Of a DNA stretch of 64,000 nucleotides, positions 1 to 11,701 are shown piece by piece. The position numbers and the translations under genes were made by a program. This DNA comes from Octopus sinensis. Its lineage: Eukaryota. Location: contig NC_043000.1 in assembly GCF_006345805.1 (NCBI RefSeq), forward strand, positions 119,412,001 through 119,476,000, given 5' to 3'. Every line of letters begins with the position of its first letter. The stretch's first letter is position 1. The notes under the pieces are model-generated. The model was not told where the DNA came from. It worked only from the letters and a program-made list of their open reading frames with translations, and ran no database searches.

Positions 1-338
1 AAAGATAATAATACCAGTTCGTAGTCAATCGTACACGATAGTTGAAATACTGTGTCAAGAAGTTGCGGCCATGATGCTTAGCTGGTTACAGGTATATGTA
101 CGTGAAGTCGTGGTTGTGATGCTGCTGCCTGGGTAACGTGTAGAGGAGTTCATGCAGGTTGTATATTCGCTGTTGATCCGAAGTGAAATAATTCACGAAT
201 AGTGAACTGTTAGAACCTGAGAGAATTGCTTGCTGAGCTGTGTACGAAGTGAGATGATGTTGACGACGTTAAAGACATGATGGCGACAAAGAAGGAGGTT
301 GTCGCAATGCTGTTGGATGAAGTTAGTAAGTCTCAACG

Positions 339-927
339 AAGGCGGCGAGCTGGCAGAAACGCTAGCACGCCGGGTGAAATACTTAGCGGTACGTTCTGAG
401 TTCAAATTCCGCCGAGATCGACTTTGCCTTTCATCCTTTCGGGGTCGATTAAATATGTACCAGTTACGCACTGAGGTCGATATTATCGACTTAATCCGTT
501 TATCTGTCCTTGTTTGTCCTCTCTGTGTTTAGCCCCTTGTAGGTAGTAAAGAAATATGTATTTCGTCTGCCGCTATGTTCTGAGTTCAAATTCCGCTGAG
601 GTCGACTTTGCTTTTCATCCTTTCAGGGTCGATTAAATAAGTACCAGTTACGCACTGTAGTCGATATTATCAACTTAATCCGTTTATCTGTCCTTGTTTG
701 TCCTCTCTGTGTTTAGCCCCTTGTGGGTAGTAAAGAAATAGGTATTTCGTCTGCCGCTATGTTCTGAGTTCAAATTCCGCCGAGGTCGACTTTGCCTTTC
801 ATCCTTTCGGGGTCGATTAAATATGTACCAGTTACGCACTGAGGTCGATATTATCGACTTAATCCGTTTGTCTGTCCTTGTTTGTCCTCTCTGTGTTTAG
901 CCCCTTGTGGGTAGTAAAGAAATAGGC
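339..927 (+). mobile_element. tRNA-derived SINE family A, trimer
   Basis: Full head (GGCGGCGAGCTGGCAGAA.., B box GAGTTCAAATTCC) plus two ~184-bp head-less units; single TSD AAGTCTCAACG at 328-338 and 928-938. Confidence 0.9.
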
Positions 928-1092
928 AAGTCTCAACGTAGCCACTGTGGTAGAGGTGCTGTCTGGCATTGTCGATGGAATTGGCTGAATGTTTGTGTCC
1001 AGTGGCTAGACCTTAAAAGATCTGGAACCAAAGACCTTGGAACGAGGAAAAGCTGAGTTTTTACAAGGAGCTGTAGGCGAAAACAGGGTAAT

Positions 1093-1832
1093 GAACAAGC
1101 TGTACCACGTGATCCTATTTACTCTGACTGGTTATATCCGTTGCAAGTTGGCATAATTGAGTAGGAGACAAATTGCACCAATACCAACCAATCAGAGTAG
1201 TGGACACAACGTGGTCCAAATAGCAGCCAAAGGCTAGCTGTTCCTTGCTACGTTCGAATGCGCGTATCTCTCTATATATAAACGGCAGTTTGTCTGTGTG
1301 TGTGTCTGTGTGTCTGTTTGGTTGTACCCTCACCCTGACCACGGCTTTCAACCGATTCTGATGAAACTTGACACACACATAGCCCAATGTCATAATTCAA
1401 AACTAACGGAGCGAAAATTTTGAAAAGTTCCCCCAGTTCTGAAAAAAAAACGATAAATTCGACATGGGGTCGAGAATCAGAAACACAAACCACAGACTGT
1501 CTAGGGGACGCAACTCGACCTTTTTTAACTCTCAAAAAAAATTTACCATCATTTTTTTCCCATTTTTTTGCTATTTTTTGGCTATAACTCTCTAAAAATG
1601 CTTTATAGTTATTTCCCTTACAAACCTGAGCAACGCCGGGCGATACTGCTAGTATAATATAAATGGGAAAGAGAAATTTCACCCGAGTCAACGCTACACT
1701 AATACAATGGCGTCTGCTCCTTAAAGCTAGATGGTCCCGTACTTCTTTCACTCAGGTACTTCCGACTCATTTGTCTTTACTCTCATCACGTAGATTATAT
1801 CCGTACATGTGCGCACACACACACACATACCT

Positions 1833-1900
<68 letters not shown>

Positions 1901-2064
1901 CCCCTCCCCCCAGGAACAGCTAGCCTTTGGCTGCTATTTGGACCACGTTGTGTCCACTACTCTGATTGGTTGGTATTGGTGCAATTTGTCTCCTACTCAA
2001 TTATGCCAACTTGCAACGGATATAACCAGTCAGAGTAAATAGGATCACGTGGGACAGCTTGTTC
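1093..2064. repeat. 152-bp near-perfect inverted repeat (arms 1093-1244 and 1913-2064)
   Basis: Direct comparison shows one mismatch. Confidence 0.93.
1267..1652 (+). mobile_element. Non-autonomous Helitron
   Basis: A|TC 5' end, subterminal C(C/T)GAGCAACGCCGGG hairpin, CTAG|T 3' end, no TSD; near-identical copy at 45045-45416. Confidence 0.85.
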
Positions 2065-3210
2065 TCTACCCATGATTTTTCTTGTACTCATCAGCTTCAA
2101 CTATTCAAGAGAAACGTTAATTGCCTCGATCTCAAAAGTTCCGGGTGAATTGCTTAAGCTATGGACACAGCCCCTTCCTCTAAACAAATCAATAAAATAA
2201 TAAATAAAGAGGAAATGAGCAGAAGACGGTCTTTGGCTTGTTTTTGTAGACAAAATATTTGGATGGTTGACAAAAGAACAAAATTGTGTAACAACCAATT
2301 AAACAGATATTTATTAATCGTTAACAAAAATGTTGTCGTTGCGACGGCAACAAAGAAAAAGATATTTACACCAAGTGAGTCAGTTCGTGTGTGTCCGTGG
2401 GAGATATGTGTATCAACAATGATAGTGGATTGTAGTATTAGTAGTGAGTAGTGTAAGTTCCTGCAGCAACTGGTATTAGTTGTATTGCGACCATGTAAAC
2501 CGACACTATATATCCAATGGGCTGCCAAAGAAAAGGTACCAAAGACAAAATCGTTAATGATATTATTCTAATATGTTGTTTATCCCAAATATAGTTAGAT
2601 TGCTTACAACAACTTCGACGGTCAGCCTAGCTACTGATAAAAACAAGCTTTTAATATGTTTACCAGGGAGCTAGATGTTTAGTTGCTTGCTGACGTCATC
2701 AGTCCCTGACCAGATCCTGTTTTGGTGTTTGTAATTAATTTCATATCTGAACACAACGATTTGGGGTTCAATACCTCGGTAGTGAGTGTTTAGGATTCTG
2801 ATGATATTGCTGTTACATTCTTACTCCTCCAAACAGCAGGTTAGGTTTGGGTTACAAAAAAGAAAGAAAAAAACAGTTGTGAGCAATTGTTCGGCATACC
2901 CAAAGCAAAATATTTTCAATGTTTACACCTCAATGTTTAACTCTCCCATGTAAATACTCTAGTCTCGGCTATTGACTCTCTGTATATCGGTGACAGTTTG
3001 TGAATATGTGTGTGTGTGTATTATATATATATATATATCACTCTTACTTCGTTCTTTCCACTCTTCTTTCTTTCGTTCCCCCTCTCTCACATTTCCTGGC
3101 TTTCTCTTCATTCTCACCTTCCCTCCTCTTTCTATTCACTCTGTCAGTTTTCTTTTTTTTTTTCTCGTCCCTCCTTAATTCTTCTATCCCTCTGCCTCTA
3201 CCTCTCTCCT

Positions 3211-3675
3211 CTCTCTCCACGTGACCAGTGTTCGACCAAGCCTGACCTTTCTTTCTTGGTTCGACTACCATCCGTGCAACATCTATATTCCTCACCATGC
3301 CTGTCAACTGTTATGTCCCTGCCGTAAGGCTTAATTTCCACACACGCCACCTTAATTTAATTCGTCCTTCGTCGAAAGACACCTGTTGTTATGTCCTGTT
3401 ATTTGCATTTGTATTTGTGTACCATTTCTCCATTTTGTCCCGTCCTTATTTTCGTATACATTCGCTGCTCACTTCCAAGGAATCTAGTGCTCTTAGCTTA
3501 GTTTTTCCTTAGGGCTATCCAGATTGGAGCAATCTCGAGTATAACCAGCCGAAATTGCAAAGATAATCTGGAACTCAACTGAGGAAAGAAAACTTCGAAT
3601 GACCAGTCCGTGTTTTTCTTGTCCCTTTTTTATATAATCTAGCTGTCTGGATGTTTTGCGTTCTTGTCCAATTGT
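3211..3675 (+). repeat. Dispersed ~460-bp repeat, probably PLE pLTR-derived
   Basis: Second copy at ~56191-56615; related minus-strand element at ~31700-31990; all contain degenerate CTGANGA..CGAA motifs. Confidence 0.6.
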
Positions 3676-3717
3676 ATTCCTCCATATATATATATACATA
3701 TATAAAGGTTAAGTTGG

Positions 3718-3811
<94 letters not shown>

Positions 3812-4455
3812 CAGTGAGAAAGAGAGACTGAGAGGTGAGAGAGAGAAATAGTCACATACTGTGGTTGATTTATTTGACTAAACTACCCCGAAGCTAAAAT
3901 TGTTGCATCGTGTTTCAAATCGATATTTGACGTATTTATTTGTTATTCCAATATTCGTAATTACATTTTACAATAAATGCAATTACATTTTTTCAATACA
4001 TCTAATATTTAATCAATATTAAAAATTATTTCGAAATGGTAATTAGAAATCAATCGAAATATCGATCACAAATATTAATTTGAAATCAATATAATGTAAT
4101 GTTCTCGGTTATGTTTTCGAACAGACCAAATGTCGCGTTTTTGAGCGTTCCAAGCATGATTATGTGTCCTTTTGATTTCTGTACAATGTCCTTTATGTGT
4201 GTTCAGGGTTAATTGAAAGGAGCAGATTTCAAAAATATCAAATCACTTTCCATATCTCAGAAACCGTCCACCTTGTAGTACTGATGGCGATTGTGAAATC
4301 CCGTACAGACTTTGTTTTGCTGGAGTAGCCGTTGATCATTCATGGATACGAGTATTCAAGAGACAACATCGTATAAACGATAGGAAAATTGTTAGCTACG
4401 AAACCATAGTTGTCCAGATTTTTTTGTATGGATCTAAAGCATGTAACAAAATTTT

Positions 4456-4508
<53 letters not shown>

Positions 4509-4529
4509 GATCATCATCATCATCATCAT

Positions 4530-4845
4530 CATTGCCTTTGCACAGCTTCTAACGCTGGAGATGTACTACGATGTCAACTGTTCACTACCAGTGAACTAAA
4601 GTAACATCGCTTATTTTTCGAGCACCTTCCGGAGTATTCGACCGGTTCCAAGCAGTGCTGTTTTCTGAAAGTGCTCCACCCTTATTGCAGCCCCTATTTG
4701 TTCCACGTTCTTCTCGAAATTTTTGCTCACTGTTCCCAAGGCTCGGACAATTATTGTTACTACTGCTACCTTTTTCATCAACCACAACTGCTTAACTTCC
4801 CAAGCTAACCTGTCATATTTCTCGACTATTATCTTATTATCTTCA
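4530..4845 (-). mobile_element. R4/Dong-clade (RLE) non-LTR element, 5'-truncated 3' end in an (AAT)n tract
   Basis: EKYDRLAWEVKQLW.MKKVAVVTIIVRALGTV..QKTALLGTGRILRKVLE* plus a short 3' UTR; flanked by AAT/GAT repeats. Confidence 0.85.
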
Positions 4846-4854
4846 TCATCATCA

Positions 4855-4886
<32 letters not shown>

Positions 4887-5837
4887 GAGTGAGAGAGCAG
4901 CACAACATCGAGACAAACTCTTCTTTTTCAAAGCATATAAAGTCATTGAGTTCTCGCAATATGATACTGAAAAGGACTTCTCAACCAGAAACCACAAAGC
5001 GTACAAATTTCCATCACGAAAATTGACCTTCTCAAAGATGACTGACCAATAAAATTTTTAAAATGGGTTACCGTAATAATTTCGGACAACTCAACCTTAT
5101 GATTAAAACTGAACGCCTGTACAAAGAAATAACTGTTGCGTGGTAGGTGAGGGCATGGTTGTGTGGTTAAGAAGTTCGCTTTGCCACTACGAGTTTCGGG
5201 TTCAGTCCCACTGCACAGCACCTTGGACAAGTGTCTCCTACTATAACCTCGAGCCAACCAAAGCCTTGGAAGTGGATTTGGTAGACGGAAACTGAAAGAA
5301 GCCCGTCGTACATATAAGAATCAAGAAGTCCTCTGGTTCAATCCGATTTTCGGATCGCATGTTTCAACCAAGATCGCTGGAAAATTTTTTGCTGCTTTGG
5401 CCAAGTATTTTCCTAAATCTAATCGGTATCATGCTATTTTTAATCGACACACCATGAAGGTACCCTACGCCAACTCTGCTAATGTAGAGCAGCTTATAAA
5501 CAATAGCAAAATGCGGCAAAGGTTCAATAACCCACCTACTGGATCTACCGAACATTTGCATCTAAATACCTATTTCTTTACTACCCACAAGGGGCTAAAC
5601 GCAGAGAGGACAAACAAGGACAGACAAACGGATTAAGTCGATTACATCGACCCCAGTGCGTAACTGGTACTTATTTAATCGACCCCGAAAGGATGAAAGG
5701 CAAAGTCGACCTCGGCGGAATTTGAACTCAGAATGTAACGGCAGATGAAATACGGCTACGCATTTCGCCCGGCGTGCTAACGTTTCTGCCAGCTCGCAAC
5801 CTTTGCATCTAAATACCAACCAAGGAGATGTAAACCG

Positions 5838-5965
5838 CGTAGGACAGACACAGAAGGGCCCTAATTCTTCATCAATTATCGACCGAAAAATGCTAATACT
5901 CAGATTCGTGAGTATTTTGGTCGATAACTGATGAAGAATTAGGGTCCTTCTATCTCTGTCTTACG
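5838..5965. repeat. ~128-bp imperfect palindrome (hairpin)
   Basis: AGAAGGGCCCTAATTCTTCATCAATTATCGACCGAA pairs with TTGGTCGATAACTGATGAAGAATTAGGGTCCTTCT; inner AATACTCA/TGAGTATT. Confidence 0.9.
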
Positions 5966-6411
5966 TGTACGTTTTGTAGTATTTAATGTACTTTCAATTA
6001 TTGAGTAACTGAACGCCACGCATGCCGAGTTTTGTTAACGGTAAGTTTGTGTGTGTGTGTGTGTGTGTACTCCCACCATCGCTTGACGTCCGATATTGGT
6101 GTGTTTACGTCCCCGTAAGTTAGCGATTCGGCAAAAGAGACCGATAGAATAAGAACTAGGCATACAAAGAATAAGTCCTGGGGTTTATTTGCTCGACTAA
6201 AGACAGTGCTCCAGTATGGCCCAGTCAAATAACTGAAACAAATAAAAGAATAAAAGAATATATATATAAACTTCTGCCTTAACTTATTCTTACTCAGTTT
6301 TCATTTTCTGCACGTTTCTTTCCTATGTAAAATATAGCTTGGCTTGATATATAGATGTTTCGTTAAAGTTATAGAAGGAACAAAAATAAGATCCGTTTCC
6401 TAATAGAGCCT

Positions 6412-6515
<104 letters not shown>

Positions 6516-7070
6516 ACTCACTCATTCATTTACTCAACAGATTTCATAAAGTCGTTTTCGGTTAGTAGAAATATTTTAAGACTTATGGCCATTGGTTATA
6601 TTATTTTTCAGGATATGCAACTATTTCCTTTTCAAGGTAATTAATATTCGAACTATTTCACCTTTTCCTGTTCCCTACCCTGATTATACCTAGAAACAGA
6701 ACAGGACATACAATCCTATCCAGGTAGCAGCCTAATTCATTCAATCTCCTCTTCCTTTTATTTTCATCTCTCACTCACCTCACCTGCATACCTCTACCTG
6801 CATGTATTTTATTTCTTTATCACCTCTCCTTATCTTGTGTTATTGTTTTCTATCTGCCTCACCTAGGGACATGAATTTACACAATATTTTTTCTTTGCTC
6901 TTCGAGTAAATAGCACACAGAGGAAAGTTTGTTGACGACATGGCTGCCGTTAATTTGATATCACACAAATACACCTACTTAGACACATAAGCTGTCACGT
7001 ATTTCTCTGTCTGCCAGTCTCCTCCTTTTTTTCCATTCTTCAATGAAAAAGAACAAATAATATAGGCCGT

Positions 7071-7774
7071 GAGAAGATGAAGTATCTTCAGCAGAGAAGA
7101 AATGAGAGGAAAATATGTTAGACGGGTATGAATAAGACTGAGGAGTACAGCAAGAAAGAGAATTGTTATAAGACGGCCTCTAGACAGAGTAATGATGCGA
7201 AAACAAAAGAAGAAAGAGTCTTTTCTCTTACTCGTGTAACGGTTGCTTCTTCGTTGCAGTAGAATGTCACCAATTGTAACGGTTATAATATTCGTTGGTT
7301 GCCACTTGTAAGATGTGAAAGAAGAACAGTGATCGAAGTTGTAAAGAAATATCTATTTACCTATTTCTTTATTACCCACAAGGGGCTAAACATAGAGGGG
7401 ACAAACAAGGACAGACATAGGGATTAAGTCGATTACATCGACCCCAGTGCGTAACTGGTACTTAATTTATCGACCCCGAAAGGATGAAAGGCAAAGTCGA
7501 CCTCGGCGGAATTTGAACTCACAATGTAACGGCAGCCGAAATACTGCTAAGCATTTCGCCCGACCTGCTAACGATTCTGCCAGAGAAGATGAAGTATCTT
7601 CAGCAGAGAAGAAATGAGAGGAAAATATGTTAGACGGGTATGAATAAGACTGAGGAGTACAGCAAGAAAGAGAATTGTTATAAGACGGCCTCTAGACAGA
7701 GTAATGATGCGAAAACAAAAGAAGAAAGAGTCTTTTCTCTTACTCGTGTAACGGTTGCTTCTTCGTTGCAGTAG
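7071..7774 (+). repeat. 192-bp direct duplication (7071-7262 and 7583-7774)
   Basis: Copies appear identical by eye and flank ~93 bp of unique sequence plus a minus-strand SINE A. Confidence 0.9.
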
Positions 7775-7959
7775 CTATTTACCGTTACTTTAATATATGT
7801 CATACCAAGACGGGTAGGCTAGTGTAATAGTATAACACAGTTCGTAAAGCATGCAAGGTAAAGAAAGTTAATTTGTGTGTATACGATCTTATAGTATATA
7901 TAAATGAACACATATCCAACAACCCCTTCATAAAATTAAGCAAATCAAAACCAAATACC

Positions 7960-8225
7960 AATAGAACGGAACAACCACCAAGAAATCCTACCACACTCTA
8001 CACCAGAAAGAAAAGTACACTAAAACACACCCCACACTACCTACACCAACCCCAAAACACCTACAGAGGCCCACCACACCAGTTCGAAAATAGACATACC
8101 AACAGAGCAGAACAACCACCAAGAAATCCAAACACACTCTACACCAGAAAAATGCATTTAAAACGCACCCCACACTACCTACACCAACCCCAAAACACTT
8201 ATAGGGTCCCACCACACCATTCCAC
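7960..8225 (+). repeat. ~141-bp tandem duplication within the PLE N-terminal coding region
   Basis: Units start at 7960 and 8101 (NRTEQPPRNPTTLYTRK / NRAEQPPRNPNTLYTRK); period is a multiple of 3. Confidence 0.88.
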
Positions 8226-8541
8226 GAACCTAAGAGCCACAACATACAATACTAAAATACAACCCACATAACCAAACCAAAACGCTACTACCAAACATCC
8301 ACCCCAGGAACCAACCATACAACCATAACAAACAACAAATGCACTACGGAGGAAACAACTACCAACACAATACACCTGAGGAACTAAGACGTAACACTAG
8401 GTTCAACAACAGACTCCAGAACAGAGCACCACAAACTCACTCTGACAATTATAACAACATGAGACAGATAAATAATAGCTTTGAACATAACTACACCAAC
8501 CATTTTTTAGACCCCACACACAGGAACAGGAACGGGACACG

Positions 8542-10839
8542 ATGGCAAAGGACAAACAAAAGAAACCTCAGGTAATTAAGATAATCAATCTCTCAAACAA
8601 AGAACTTACACCTAACGAAATAAGCATACTCTCCAAAGGACTTAAATTTACACCCACCCTACAACGTTCTAATTATTATGAAATGAAAGATGATATTTCG
8701 GAATTTTGCAGAAAACTAAGACTCACCGAGGCATTTCAAGACAAACAAATAGAGGAGGACTCAATAGCTAGAAACAAGAGCAATTACACCCCCACCAAAG
8801 GTAAGAATAAAGCCTTAGACCGCTATTGTGACTACATAACTAATTTCCCGTTTCAATTCATCAAGAAACAAAAACACAGCCCTAACTTCAACAAAAGAGA
8901 ATGGAACGACCTCATCAAACTAAGAGAAGACAAAACAATAACAATTAAGGAGGCAGATAAGGGCAACGCGATAGTAATAATGAATACAAACAATTATAAA
9001 AATTAGTGCTATCCCTATTAAGAGATGAAACGTATTATGAAAAGGGCCCCCACATATAACCAGCAAAAAATAATGCATAACCTTAGGACATTAATCAACA
9101 CATACCAAGAAGGACTCACGAACAAGGAGTATGAATACATCACTAACTTCAAATGCAAATCGAGTTTGTTCTATGGTATCCCTAAGGTACACAAAAGCCA
9201 AACCATTAGAGAAACGTGCAAAACATCCACCGACACACTCATCAAAATCCCTTCACCAAATGATCTTAAACTAAGACCGATAATAGCAGGGCCAGCATGT
9301 GAAACTCACCGCCTCAGCAATTTCTTAGACACACTTCTTAAACCTTTCCTAAAACACATCAAAAGCTACGTAAGAGACGATATAGATATGCTCAACCACC
9401 TCCCTAAAACAGTCAATGAGAAAACCCTTCTAGTATCATTCGACGTAGTTAATCTTTATTCTAACATCCCTCACAACCTAGGAATAGAAGCAATCACCTT
9501 CTGGCTGAATAACTACCCCTTTGAACTCCCAACTCGCATAAACAAAGACCTTATAATAGAAGGACTTAGATTCATTTTAGAGAACAATTATTTTATTTTT
9601 GACAATGATTTCTACAGGCAAAGATCGGGAACAGCGATGGGCACGCGTACTGCACCATCTTTTGCCAACCTAGTGATGGGATACCTCGAGAAAATACTAT
9701 ACCGGATGACACTCGAGAAATATGGAAACACCTTCGCCACCTATATCCATAACAACTGGAAAAGATACCTCGATGACTGTTTCATCATCTGGGACAAAGG
9801 CATAGAGAAACTTGAGGAATTAAAAATTCTATTAAATGGAATAAATGACAATATACAATTCACGATGGACACCAACGACGAAAAGAATTACCATTTTTAG
9901 ACATCCTCATTAAGAAAACCGGCAACAAAATAGAGACAGATATCTACTATAAACCGACAGACTCTAACAGTACCTACCCTTTGATTCATGCCACCCACGA
10001 CACACTAGAATGAATGTCCCTTTTTGTTTAGCTAGAAGGATTTGCACCATAATATCAGACACAAACACCCGACACACACGTCTCCAGGAACTTAGAACCA
10101 CACTCACAAATAGAAACTATCCACAGCCCCTAATAGACAGTGCAATCCAACGGGTACTTAAATTAAGTATAGAAGACCTGAGACAAACAAAACCAAAAAA
10201 GAAAGAACAATTAAAACCCTTCCCTACATCTCTACACACAACCCACTCAACAATGAGGCCTTCAACACCATACTACAAAGCACAGCCCTACTAAAGGGAG
10301 ACCCAAAGATGAACCGGATCCTCGAAACACACACCATCATTAAAAGTAAACGGCAACCAAAATCCTTGAAAAGGATTTTAACCCAAGCTACACTGCACTC
10401 AACATCAACCACAAAACCAGCAGTTAGAAAATGTGGAATGCCCAACTGCGGAATCTGTGTCATCTTGAAAGAAGGATCAGAATTTATACTGGAACAAGGC
10501 CACCAGTTCACCATTAGAACAAACTTCACCTGCGCATCAGAAAACTTAATTTACGTCATAACATGCGCAGGCTGCAATAGGCAGTATATAGGCCATACAA
10601 AAAATAGCTTACGTAACAGGATGGCGGTGCATAAATCACAAATTAGAAACCCTGATTACCGCAAAATACCGGTCAGCGGACACATAGATAGATGTGCTGG
10701 AAATGTAAATCCGAAATTTACAACTAACCCGCTCTATAAATTCAGTGACAACGCAACCTTCACACAACGCCAAAATAAAGAACTATATTTCATAAAAAAA
10801 TTTAGACCAAGTTTAAACACCCTGGGCCAGGAATACTAA
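8542..10839 (+). pseudogene. PLE reverse transcriptase / GIY-YIG endonuclease ORF, broken by ~4 frameshifts or stops
   Basis: ORF pieces 8542-9006, 9025-9900, 10010-10294 and 10309-10839 are colinear parts of one PLE polyprotein. Confidence 0.92.
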
Positions 10840-11004
10840 AACAAAAGATAAGTCCTCCGAAAAGGAGAACCAAATTTCACCACGGCCGCTACTTCAAACA
10901 GACACTCACTCTGACGGAAATATGCCTTAGTAAAAAAGGAAAAAAATTCTTTCGTGCAAATCTGACCCTGATACATACGATACAGCTATGGGTCAGACCC
11001 GATT

Positions 11005-11455
11005 CTGATTGGTCAACAAGTTGATGACGTCTAGCTCTGCTAGAATGGACAGGATACAAACAGGGGACAGTCATTAGTCAGAATATTGATGACGTCCTTT
11101 TCTGCTTGAATAGTCACCTAACAAGTACAGACAGAGGGCAGATCTAATGTAGCTATAAGTCGTGATTGGGCAGAATCTGGATGACGTCCCGCTATGCTTG
11201 ACTAACGAAGCGACTGGTCAAGACAGGAAACAAACAAGAGGGAGTTATAATGCAGCGATTGGTCAAAATAATGATGACGTCCCGTTCCACTTGGTTAAAG
11301 CCACCTAACGAAACGATTGGTCAAAACATTGATGACGTCACGCTACGCTAGATTGACCACCTAACAGGCATTATAAAACCGAGCATTTCACAAAAACTCA
11401 CTAGAACCACCCAGCGAACTTCCACCATGGGTCATCACAATTGCTTAAGGTAAAA
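11005..11455 (+). promoter_or_regulatory. PLE pLTR Pol II promoter: 5x ATTGG-N12-TGACGTC, TATA box, Inr, Kozak ATG, splice donor
   Basis: ATTGG/ATTAG at 11008, 11073, 11165, 11258, 11316, each 17 bp upstream of TGACGTC; TATAAAA 11372-11378; CTCACTA ~11397-11403; CCACCATGG with ATG at 11427; AAG|GTAAAA donor at 11450. Confidence 0.7.
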
Positions 11456-11701
11456 ATGAATTCCTCGCTCTTTCGGAAACATCAATCTTCTGTATTGACC
11501 GCTTTCCACCACTTTGATCTGTTTTTTGTATTGAATACGTATCGCCACCGTGGGCCACTGCATCGAACACTTTGAACATATACTTCAAACTATATATCAA
11601 CTATACATGAACTATATATCAACTATACATGAACTCTAAGATGTCTGACTCCGTTGTGTATTATAAATGAATTTCTTGTGTTTGACGGCATGAGCTGTCT
11701 C

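Noticed and set aside
2669-2822. ~48-codon open frame on the minus strand (NIIRILNTHYRGIEPQIVVFRYEINYKHQNRIW..)
   Set aside because: No recognisable family and no convincing splice sites or start codon; within chance expectation.
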